Assembly: GCA_041946805.1 (NCBI GenBank)
Contig: JBHGBC010000094.1
Coordinates: forward strand, 1-30,456
Direction of reading: 5' to 3'
Length of the DNA stretch: 30,456 bases
Source of the DNA: a bacterium
Lineage (GTDB): Bacteria; Hinthialibacterota; Hinthialibacteria; Hinthialibacterales; Hinthialibacteraceae
Positions 1 to 8,195 of the stretch are shown in pieces. The translations under genes were made by a program, and so were the position numbers. Every line of letters starts with the position of its first letter. Within the stretch, counting starts at the first letter, position 1. The notes beneath the pieces are model-generated. The model searched no databases. It was given only the letters and a program-made list of their open reading frames with translations, and had not been told where the DNA came from.

Positions 1-38
1 CTAACATTCGAGACGACATTTTTTGAAATTGTGATGAC

Positions 39-57
39 GACTTTTTGCCGGGGCGTC
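39..57. mobile_element. Right terminal inverted repeat of a MITE/IS extending beyond the left window edge
   Basis: GACTTTTTGCCGGGGCGTC is the exact reverse complement of 7952-7970 and matches 8054-8072 at 18/19; flanks differ. Confidence 0.7.
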
Positions 58-347
58 TTTTAATCCAACACTAAAAACAGCCTTGCCTTCAGAAAAGATT
101 TTTCGCCCGTAGCCATACCCGTTGTGATATTCGGGCAACGGGCGGATGGCTTTTCCTTGGGCATCGATTAAAATCGCACGGAAAACCATGACAGGTTCTA
201 ACAATCCGCAGAAGTTAATGCAGTACGTACATTTAGTAAAAACACACACCCGGGTATCCTTGAAGGCAGGCTCTCAAGAAACATCAATGGATATGTAAAT
301 ATCCTAAAAATAGTATATTAACAATTTTGTCTTACAATATCCCCAAA

Positions 348-3300
348 TCAGACCATTACTTCCTCAATCACCCTGGCAATCCGTGCGGCGTCCAGGGCGC
401 CGCCGGGTTCGTCCCCGGTTTCGATCAGGGTTCCTTCGTCACCGCCTCCCTCGGGCCAGGGGAGAATCCCGGCCTCGGCGTACTCCCGACGCTTGCGCTC
501 CCACCGCGCGCGGTACGCGGGATCATCGAGCATGCCGAGATGCTCCCAATAGAACGTCACGCCGCGCGCTGAATCGGCGATCGTGAAATCGGGATACAGC
601 GTGCGCCCCGAGGGCAAGACCAGAGGCTGCTCATACGCGTAATCGATCCCCCGGGCAAACAGCATGTTGGCAATGACCAACTCCGACTTCGAACGGACGA
701 GTTCCCCGCGTTCCGTGCGATGGATCAGGCCTGCTTCCAGGAAACGGGATCGCGCCCCGGCCGTAACCTCGCACGGCAGGGGATCGGTAAAGAGGTTGGT
801 CATGCGCCGCGCGATTTCGGAGTATTCATCCCCGGAATAGCGGCGATATTCGGCGAGCGGCCCTTGGTGGAGAATCACCAGCCGCTCCTGGTGGCGCGTG
901 AGCGCGGTGTACAGCAGCTCGCGGGAAAGCAGCCAGCAGGGATTGGTCAATACGACGAAGGTGATCCCGAACTCGCTTCCTTGGGTCTTATGCACGGTGA
1001 GGCAGTAGGCGAGTTCCAGTGGATTGGGACCTTCATCCCCGAACTCGCTGGGATAGAAACCGTATTTGTACCCCCGTTGGGTGGCGAATTCTATTTCAAT
1101 CTTCCAAGGAAGCCCCTTCATCTTCGCCGTTTTGTATTGGCCGACGACGATACCGATATCCCCGTTTGCGATATAGGCTTCCCCTTCGGGCTTGGGGTAC
1201 ACGTCCCGGCGGTGTTGATTGATGACATTGATGACCTTGTCACCGTAGAGAAGCATTTGTGGGCCCATGGGCCGGGGGACCTTGCGCCGAAAGCCCTCCG
1301 CTTCGGCTAATTCCCGCGTCTGCCGGCGGAAGCGGTCCTGGATCATGCGGTTCAAGGCATCCACGCCGGCCAGCCCCGCCCGGACTGGTGATAAAATCTG
1401 CCAGGCTTCGGCTTTTGCCGCGGCACCTTTCTGATTTTCCTTTTCGGGCCAAAAGAAGGCCCGAGAGGCGTTTTCATACGGTGTGCCTCCGAGCGACATT
1501 TCGAATCCCAACTCGTCCTCCGGTCCCGCGAGACTCAATGCCCGCACCAGTTCGGCGAGGATCTTTTCATGTAACTCTTGGGGATGATTCCACTGCACGA
1601 GCCGTATGCGGCCGTGGCTTTCGGACATGAGCAGGTTCCACACGGCATCGGCTCCGGGATCGAGCGGCTGCCCGCTGAAATGGGCGGCCAGCAGCACATC
1701 CTCGCGCCCCTCACCTTGTTGCCTGCGCGGGATGGTGAGTTCCGCATACCCCGGTCCACACCGGGGGAACATGGTTTCAACATTCGCGGGCTTCAGATAG
1801 TTCACGATATCCACAAAGGGCCGTCCCGCCCCGATGGGAGGCAGCTGCCGCGGATCGCCCACAAGGATGAGCCGCTCCACGTTCGCGAGGGAGTCGATCA
1901 AGGCCGCGAGTTGTTCCTCGGTCAGCATGGAGCATTCATCCACGATCACGGTTCGATATTCGTTGCACCGGGATGCCGGGCGATTCGGGTAATACGCGCC
2001 GGTTTCACCGTCGTATCGTTGGTAGCGGATCAAGAACTGGGCCAGGGTATAGCCGGATCCGTGCAACCCGGTCCGTTCTTCCAGCCGGACCCGCGCTTTC
2101 CCGGTTGGGGCAAGGAGCAGGAGGCCCTTGGACGGAACCTCTGGAATTTCGCAAAGCATACGCAAGAGCGTCGTCTTCCCGGTTCCCGCCGGGCCGATCA
2201 GGACGGCGAGGCGCGAACGGAACATCTGCTCAAGCGCGGCGGCTTTCTCCTCGCGGGCGCGTTCCTCCATTTCCCGTTCAGCCGGATCCCGCGGACGGCG
2301 TTGGTTCTGGGCTGTCTCCCGGTCCAGAACCTCGTCCACGAGATCGCGCCACTCGTGGAGGGCGGCATGAGGTTTTCCTTTCTGGCGTTTTTGCACCTCC
2401 TGGCGGATGATTGTCCGACACTCCGCCAGACGCTCTACTTGATACGCAGGCTCACCACTGCGCGTGGTCACGCGTTCGATAATGGGAGCGAGATTCTCCT
2501 CCAGGGCTTCCAGCACGTTTTCCCCTAGGGGGCAGGGCGGCTGCAGCGAACGATTCCGGGCCCGTTGGATAATCCAACTCCGGGGCAGCAAGGTATGGCC
2601 GTCCTGGGCGGCTTCCTCCAGGATATCCACAACCAACGCCCGCACGCGCCGCAGATCGGCTGGATCATCGACGCGGCTGGGTTCGGGCGCCGGGAAGGAC
2701 TCACGGACGGCCTCATCGGGGAAGAGGCCGCGATCCACCGCCCCAAACGGGATGGGATCGAGTGCCTGGCGGTCTTGTTCGTATAGCAGGTAGGGATTGG
2801 CCAGGAAGTCGGCGTCTTTCACCGCGATGCCCGCATTGTCTCTCTCGGTCCGGTCATAGATCCGCAGCGCTTGTTCCGCGGAGATGGCGCACCGGCTGAG
2901 CAGTTCCAGCAGCGCGCGCCGTTCGCCCGCGAGACGTTTCCAGCCTTTGCGTAGTCCCGCGGAGAGCAACTTCGCGACAGGGCTGTTGAGCTTCGCCGGT
3001 TCTTCCATTACGGCATCGACCATCGCCCAGGGATCGCCGCCTTCCCGTTCCCGCCACAGGTCGATCTCGTAAGCCAGAAGGCTCCCATGTTGGAAGCCCC
3101 ATTCATACCCGAAGGCCGAGAGCACCGAGCCCAGTCCCGGAAACGCGCCCCGGGCCTGCCATAACCGGTTGAGCTGCGCATCGATCCACGCCAGGACCTG
3201 TTCCCACGGCCCTTCGAAACGTCCCCGGATGCGATGCAACGCCGCGGCGCAGGCGATCAGCGATGCCACCGCGCCGTCTTGCGTCAGCAGTTCCGAGCCG

Positions 3301-4178
3301 TACGAAAACGCGTCGAAATATTCGCGCGGGGCAAAGGCTACGAACTCCTCGGGATCGAATCCCCCTTCTTCGGCCTGGGCGAGGATGGCCGCATAGGGAA
3401 ACAAAAACCCGTCCGTGAAATCCGGGCGGATGGAATGGCCCACGTTCCGCTCCCAGAGCACGCACCGAAGCGGGGAATTCTTTACCTTGTAGGCATACTC
3501 GGCCGCATTCCCGATTGAGAGTACCCGGCCCACACCGATGATCACGCGGCGGGACTGATCGGAAAGGGGCGTCCGCTTGGCGTAGAAAAAACAGAGCGAT
3601 TCTTCCGTGTGAATCGCGCCGAAGAAGGTATCGAGCAAGGCAAGTTGGTTTTCACGCTCTTGCACCCAAGCGGTCTCCACTTCAGAGCCGCTTCGGTTAC
3701 GGATATCCGGTTCGCGGTCCGGTATCCACCCCAGTTTTAACCGTTCCGCAAGACCCATCTCGCCGTTGTCCGGATCTCCTTCGACCTCCCTTCGCAGCAT
3801 CCAACGAAAGGGTACGCAGGCCGCTGAATAAGGCGGATGCGGAAAGCTCGTGGGAGCGAAATGACCGTGCGTTTCCGGATAAATTTCAGAATAGGGGTGA
3901 GTCTTCTGGAGGCGTAATTCGAACGGCGCCATGAACGACACCCGTTCTTCCACACAAGGCGGGAAATCCCCGGACGCAAGCTGATCCAATCGTTGGCCGG
4001 CGCAACGGGCTTCCGCCTCGTCACTTTTTTCCTCGCCGATCCGCTTCAGAATCAGGCAACTCGTGTTATCAGTGGGGTGGGCGCAGACCAATCCCCTCCA
4101 TCCGCCGTCATGCCAAGGGACCCGGATGGTAATGTGGTGCGCGGGCAACCGCCGGGCGCCGGAGGCAAGCGATCGCAT
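348..4178 (-). CDS. RecD2-like SF1B helicase with large N-terminal domain and C-terminal PD-(D/E)XK-like nuclease domain (1276 aa)
   Basis: Walker A GPAGTGKT, LLLAPTGKA, IVDECSM, LVGDPRQLPPIGAG, TVHKTQGSEF, LLYTALTR; C-terminal RSKSE...YPDFTI...YWEHLG; AGGAG RBS upstream of ATG 4178. Confidence 0.9.
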   Translation of the reverse strand: MRSLASGARRLPAHHITIRVPWHDGGWRGLVCAHPTDNTSCLILKRIGEEKSDEAEARCAGQRLDQLASGDFPPCVEERVSFMAPFELRLQKTHPYSEIYPETHGHFAPTSFPHPPYSAACVPFRWMLRREVEGDPDNGEMGLAERLKLGWIPDREPDIRNRSGSEVETAWVQERENQLALLDTFFGAIHTEESLCFFYAKRTPLSDQSRRVIIGVGRVLSIGNAAEYAYKVKNSPLRCVLWERNVGHSIRPDFTDGFLFPYAAILAQAEEGGFDPEEFVAFAPREYFDAFSYGSELLTQDGAVASLIACAAALHRIRGRFEGPWEQVLAWIDAQLNRLWQARGAFPGLGSVLSAFGYEWGFQHGSLLAYEIDLWREREGGDPWAMVDAVMEEPAKLNSPVAKLLSAGLRKGWKRLAGERRALLELLSRCAISAEQALRIYDRTERDNAGIAVKDADFLANPYLLYEQDRQALDPIPFGAVDRGLFPDEAVRESFPAPEPSRVDDPADLRRVRALVVDILEEAAQDGHTLLPRSWIIQRARNRSLQPPCPLGENVLEALEENLAPIIERVTTRSGEPAYQVERLAECRTIIRQEVQKRQKGKPHAALHEWRDLVDEVLDRETAQNQRRPRDPAEREMEERAREEKAAALEQMFRSRLAVLIGPAGTGKTTLLRMLCEIPEVPSKGLLLLAPTGKARVRLEERTGLHGSGYTLAQFLIRYQRYDGETGAYYPNRPASRCNEYRTVIVDECSMLTEEQLAALIDSLANVERLILVGDPRQLPPIGAGRPFVDIVNYLKPANVETMFPRCGPGYAELTIPRRQQGEGREDVLLAAHFSGQPLDPGADAVWNLLMSESHGRIRLVQWNHPQELHEKILAELVRALSLAGPEDELGFEMSLGGTPYENASRAFFWPEKENQKGAAAKAEAWQILSPVRAGLAGVDALNRMIQDRFRRQTRELAEAEGFRRKVPRPMGPQMLLYGDKVINVINQHRRDVYPKPEGEAYIANGDIGIVVGQYKTAKMKGLPWKIEIEFATQRGYKYGFYPSEFGDEGPNPLELAYCLTVHKTQGSEFGITFVVLTNPCWLLSRELLYTALTRHQERLVILHQGPLAEYRRYSGDEYSEIARRMTNLFTDPLPCEVTAGARSRFLEAGLIHRTERGELVRSKSELVIANMLFARGIDYAYEQPLVLPSGRTLYPDFTIADSARGVTFYWEHLGMLDDPAYRARWERKRREYAEAGILPWPEGGGDEGTLIETGDEPGGALDAARIARVIEEVMV

Positions 4179-4578
4179 GGCGTTTGGCTCCTAACCGCAA
4201 TCAGGTTCCCCAAGAGGAACAATATCTTCTACGGCTCCAACATTTGCTATTTGACTATTGGATTAATCCTTGTACACAATCAATAAGCAATAACTACATA
4301 TACCATATTCCGGAAATGAATTCAATCGGATTTTTCACAGGAATTGACATTCTGGCTGATCTTTAATCCGAGGAGGTTTATGAATCCCTCGTAGGATGAA
4401 ACGCATAAAACCCAAGCCAAAATCGGGGGGGAGGCAGGCCGTTGCGGAAAGACAATCGCTACCCGCGCGAATAATGGCGTTTTTCGCATGTCATTCGCGA
4501 TTTTTCGCGAATAAGGGGATTCGACTGCTCGGCCAGATCCGAAGGAATGGAAGAATGGGAAGAGAGAAATTGGATGGA

Positions 4579-4902
4579 TCAGGAAGGAACGGGAGGATCG
4601 TGTGGACCGGCCGGATCGGTAGTGACGGGACCGGTCTGTTCCAGCACTTCGTCTGGATCGTCCAGTTCCAGGTCTTCCTTTTCGTATTGGATGGCTTCCT
4701 CCAAGGCGGGGATTTCGTGGGGATAGAGGTTGATGCCCCGTTTGGTGGGGATCCATTTCCCGCCCTTCAACACCCAGACGCGGATGTTCAGGATATCCCG
4801 GCCCTTGAACGTGTCGAGGTTGATGCGGACGATCTGCGTGGGCGTTCGTTCAATTTCGACGTAGGGAATGTCGTTGGGGTTGTTCAGGTCGTTCGGATAC
4901 AT
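4579..4902 (-). CDS. PC4/YdbC-family ssDNA-binding protein with acidic/Pro tail
   Basis: VRINLDTFKGRDILNIRVW...WIPTKRGINL matches the PC4 signature; GGAGG RBS. Confidence 0.85.
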   Translation of the reverse strand: MYPNDLNNPNDIPYVEIERTPTQIVRINLDTFKGRDILNIRVWVLKGGKWIPTKRGINLYPHEIPALEEAIQYEKEDLELDDPDEVLEQTGPVTTDPAGPHDPPVPS

Positions 4903-5008
4903 GGCATTACCTCCCGGTTTGTAGTGTCAGTATTTCTTGTCTCACTATCGGTTCCAGCTATGGAAGGCTTTGTGGTTGGCTTCCTAGCGGGAGCGTGACC
5001 GGACGTGA

Positions 5009-6034
5009 TTATTCACCTACATCACTCACAATCACTCCGCATTCTTCAAAACGGAGGGTATCTGCATTGAACAAAAATCCGATTTCCATGTCTTGTCCGG
5101 GACCATACCGGGTCTTGGCAAGTCTCACCGTGCGGTTAACGGACCGTTCAGTGCTACCTTGGGAAATGGAAGGAACTTTAACCACTCTTGGTTTCTTCTC
5201 CTTCACGAGCCAGATTACAGTTTGACTGAGACGTTGATGCGAGGCTCCTCCTGCCATGTCATTCAGTGTATAGCTGCGCGGCCCAAGCCGGGGATGAGTA
5301 ACCAGGACGATCGAGCATCCATGCTTGGCCGCAGTACGCGAGAACGACCGCACGAATTCGAGATCGTCCTCCCAGGGACGCTCAGACCGGGATGCCACGC
5401 TGATAGGATCCAGACAAATGATACGGTGTCCTTCCTCGGCTCGTTCCTCTACCCATTTACTGAGGTCAGAGAGGGTTTCTGTGAATGTGGTCGTTGTGTA
5501 GATCATACTCCTATAGCGGGATAGGAGCTTCCGATGCTCGGCTAAATACGTTTTAGCCAAGGTAATGTTGTGCCATATCCACTCCAGATCCATTAGTTTG
5601 GCCCTACCTACTATCTGCGCCAGGAGACGTTGCAGGTGCCAATGTTGGTCCTCCTCCAGTTCGAAGACACAGGCCTTGATTCTGATTTGTTCCCAATAAC
5701 GGAGACATTGGAGAAGAAAAAACGACTTACCCGATCCGGGAGAACCGCACAAGACCGTGACAGTCCCAGGCAGCAAGGCGCAGGTATACTTCGTCAACGA
5801 AGTCCAGGGCCATGGAACAATATTTCCTCTTCCGCTGCCAATGTCATCGAGACGCTGATCAAACTCCTCCATTCCATCAATCGGAGTGGCATGGTTGAGC
5901 ACACGCAATATTGATTCCCACTGATTCTTGTTTAGTTCTCGATTATCTGATTCAGGCATTTTTTGAATGAAATCGAATGCGTCTCCCTTGGGAGGAAGAT
6001 CCAGGGATGCTGGACTTGATAGGGCTGTTGCCAT
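5009..6034 (-). CDS. DnaB-like/T7 gp4-type SF4 helicase ATPase domain (start uncertain: 6034 or 5959)
   Basis: H1 GSPGSGKS, H1a FELEE, H2 ICLDPI, H3 VLVTHPR, H4 DMAGGASHQRLSQTVIWL, arginine finger AKTRYG. Confidence 0.85.
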   Translation of the reverse strand: MATALSSPASLDLPPKGDAFDFIQKMPESDNRELNKNQWESILRVLNHATPIDGMEEFDQRLDDIGSGRGNIVPWPWTSLTKYTCALLPGTVTVLCGSPGSGKSFFLLQCLRYWEQIRIKACVFELEEDQHWHLQRLLAQIVGRAKLMDLEWIWHNITLAKTYLAEHRKLLSRYRSMIYTTTTFTETLSDLSKWVEERAEEGHRIICLDPISVASRSERPWEDDLEFVRSFSRTAAKHGCSIVLVTHPRLGPRSYTLNDMAGGASHQRLSQTVIWLVKEKKPRVVKVPSISQGSTERSVNRTVRLAKTRYGPGQDMEIGFLFNADTLRFEECGVIVSDVGE

Positions 6035-6678
6035 TCCTCACGATCTGTTTCCCAACGCCGTTGGTTGAACCATGTCGTGGCGTGAGGAATCATCTGGCGT
6101 GGCGCGGTCTGAACATAAACACTTGCGGCGTATTCCTGGGTAAGGGCTAGCAATTCCTTCGGGAGGATGGAAAGAACAGCCTTATGGATCGAAGTAAGGG
6201 CTCTTTCCTTTCCCCCGGCTTTTCGAGGGTATGTGGCATAGATTTGAGAAATCAATGTGCTATTCTCTTGCGGCTTTTCTTCCTTGGTCTCTTCTGTGTG
6301 ACACGTTGGGTGGCATACCTCTATGCCGTTTTGTATGTCATACCCCTCTGACATCATTGGTGACACAGGGGGGGATGCCATAATGGATGTCATACCTGAT
6401 GATGGTTTTTGAAAGATAACAACATACGAGTTTGATCTGCCCCGACTTGCACCTGAAATCCTCTTGATGTAACCATACACTCTCAGCCGGTTTATCACTC
6501 GGTGAACGGAGCGTCTCGATAGCCTGGTCATTTTCGATAAGCGATCCACTGAAGGATGGCATTCATTTCCATTGAAGTGGGAGCATATTACATGCAGGAT
6601 CTCCCAATCACTTAGCTGAAGTCTCTCATCTCCAGAAGCCTGTAGTGGAAATAAACAAAACGTTCCTGTTTCAGGCAT
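5932..6678 (-). CDS. Phage-type replication initiator with N-terminal winged HTH
   Basis: CHPSVDRLSKMTRLSRRSVHRVINRLRVYGYI HTH; C-terminal YPRK...PHATTWFNQRRWE typical of phage replication proteins; AGGAG 8 nt before ATG 6678. Confidence 0.8.
   Translation of the reverse strand: MPETGTFCLFPLQASGDERLQLSDWEILHVICSHFNGNECHPSVDRLSKMTRLSRRSVHRVINRLRVYGYIKRISGASRGRSNSYVVIFQKPSSGMTSIMASPPVSPMMSEGYDIQNGIEVCHPTCHTEETKEEKPQENSTLISQIYATYPRKAGGKERALTSIHKAVLSILPKELLALTQEYAASVYVQTAPRQMIPHATTWFNQRRWETDREEWQQPYQVQHPWIFLPRETHSISFKKCLNQIIEN
6299..6396. repeat. Iteron-like array inside rep (putative origin)
   Basis: TGNCA motifs at 6299, 6311, 6324 (TGCCG), 6336, 6349, 6361, 6376, 6388; TG(G/T)CATACC at 6311, 6336, 6388. 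Confidence 0.6.
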
Positions 6679-6702
6679 ATCCAAGACTCCTGCTTATCGT
6701 GG

Positions 6703-6882
6703 CTAAAACGTGTTTTTGTTCAACCAGGTATCAATGGCCCCCTTATCGAACCGCAAGATGCCGCCCAGTTTGGAATAGGGGATCCGGCGCATGTGGACGC
6801 GGTTGTAGAGAGCCTTCAGGATTATGCCGAGATATTACGCGGCTTCCTTGGGAGTCATCCAGCGTTTGGTCGGAATAGGCAT
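6703..6882 (-). pseudogene. HTH_17/MerR-like excisionase with one in-frame TAA
   Basis: Manual translation MPIPTKRWMTPKEAA*YLGIILKALYNRVHMRRIPYSKLGGILRFDKGAIDTWLNKNTF; TAA at 6835-6837; GGAGGAG RBS. Confidence 0.85.
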
Positions 6883-6967
6883 TTTTCTCCTCCGCTTTTG
6901 TTTTCTCGCAGAATTTCCTGCTCTGGGGGAAAAGCGTAAACGGAGTTGAAAATTGGACAGGGAAAAC

Positions 6968-6999
6968 GTCTAACTTTTTACCGCAATTGTCTAACTTTT
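6968..6999. promoter_or_regulatory. Tandem 11-bp direct repeat upstream of xis, possible operator
   Basis: GTCTAACTTTT at 6968-6978 and 6989-6999 (21-bp period). Confidence 0.45.
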
Positions 7000-8195
7000 G
7001 GTTGGGAGGTGGGAAAGGTGGATGGATGAAGATTATCGACTATCTGCTTCAAAATAGTGGACTTACTGCCTGGATGCTTTTTAGCGTCACAGAAATATTT
7101 TTGTAATTTGTGATCGTCTAATTTTTGCCTCTTTTTATTCACAAAATGGGTTTGAACTTTGGTATAAATGGTTCTGTTCAGAATGAGCCCTTTCTCGATT
7201 AAGAGAAGGAAGAGGGTGGCAAGTGAGCGTTTCGATCATAGCCAGATGATTTGTCCTTCACGTCTTTTCCATAAGTTATACTCGTTTCGATTCACGCAAT
7301 GGGAGATAAACAAATCATCGGCAACCGATTCACACACGAATCCATTTTCTTTGAGTTGCTTCATGAGAACCATACCCTTCTTTATTGAACCTCCCCACTT
7401 AAACCAGTAGGAGCTCTCTTTCTTTTTTAATGGGGAAACCGGGGCAGGGACAGCTGGAGGAATGGGATCATGATCTCCCGGATCCGCATCGGGATTCTTC
7501 TCGCCGGTTTTCCGAAGGAGAAATTTTTCAAGAAGTTCACGGTTCCCTTGGTAATGCTTATATTTTGTATGGATATCTTTTCCTTTGGGGATCAGATCCT
7601 TCGCCCTGTCCCAGAGGAATTCTTTCCTGTAGATGATTCGCAAATTGTCCATACATAATTTCATCAAGTATCTGACTTGTTTCAATCATTCTGCCACTGT
7701 AATCGGCTCGTCGCAATCTTCCATCTCAAACATGCAAGCATATTCGGTAAAAACAATTTTTAGAAAATGGTCATATTCCTCATATTGGAGATATGGTAAG
7801 TGTGGGGCAATACGAATGTTGTATTCAGCTCTGCGAATGATAGTGCGGTCTGTTTTTTGAATTAGCGAAATCACGTCTTCTTTTATTTATGAGTTCAGCA
7901 GATTTTCAACATCCTGTTGAAACTGTCTATGCGGAAAAGAGTAATGATCATGACGCCCCGGCAAAAAGTCCAAATCATAAAAACTGCATACAAGATGCTG
8001 TATGAATACTGAGAGGACACCTACAATAGGTTGTGGTCATGTTTTCCAAAACCGACTTTTTGCCGGGGTGTCATGATCATGAGTTATTACGTCACTTTCA
8101 TAAGGATGATCCGTGAACACCTTCATGGTACCATCGAGCAGGACAAGTGATTTGCGGAGAAAATACAATCCTTTTCCATTAGCGGGCCGACTCAT
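6978..8195 (-). pseudogene. Disrupted ~360-aa hypothetical (possible regulator) coupled to the integrase
   Basis: ATG 8195 overlaps the integrase TGA (ATGA) with AAGGAG RBS; one frame continues to TAA 6978-6980 through stops at 7887-7889, 7686-7688, 7236-7238 and a MITE; joins listed ORFs 7686-7874 and 7236-7685. Confidence 0.75.
7952..8072. mobile_element. 121-bp MITE with 19-bp TIRs and 8-bp flanking duplication ATGATCAT
   Basis: GACGCCCCGGCAAAAAGTC 7952-7970 and GACTTTTTGCCGGGGTGTC 8054-8072; ATGATCAT at 7944-7951 and 8073-8080. Confidence 0.8.

Noticed and set aside
1..249. 82-aa minus-strand ORF
   Set aside because: No motif or clear RBS; runs through a MITE end
4507..4525. tRNA-3'-like fragment GCGAATAAGGGGATTCGAC
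   Set aside because: Too divergent from the tRNA-Gly to call an att site
4986..4993. AGCGGGAG matching the tRNA 3' end as distal att core
   Set aside because: Only 8 bp, expected by chance, and it would separate the SSB from the replication module
4371..4998. AGGAGG followed by a 4-codon ORF and a 200-aa plus-strand ORF
   Set aside because: RBS spacing too short; the long ORF is antisense to the PC4 gene
6835..7889. Stop-codon reassignment explaining the in-frame stops
   Set aside because: Both TAA and TGA interrupt genes, and both terminate intact genes in the same element; point decay is simpler
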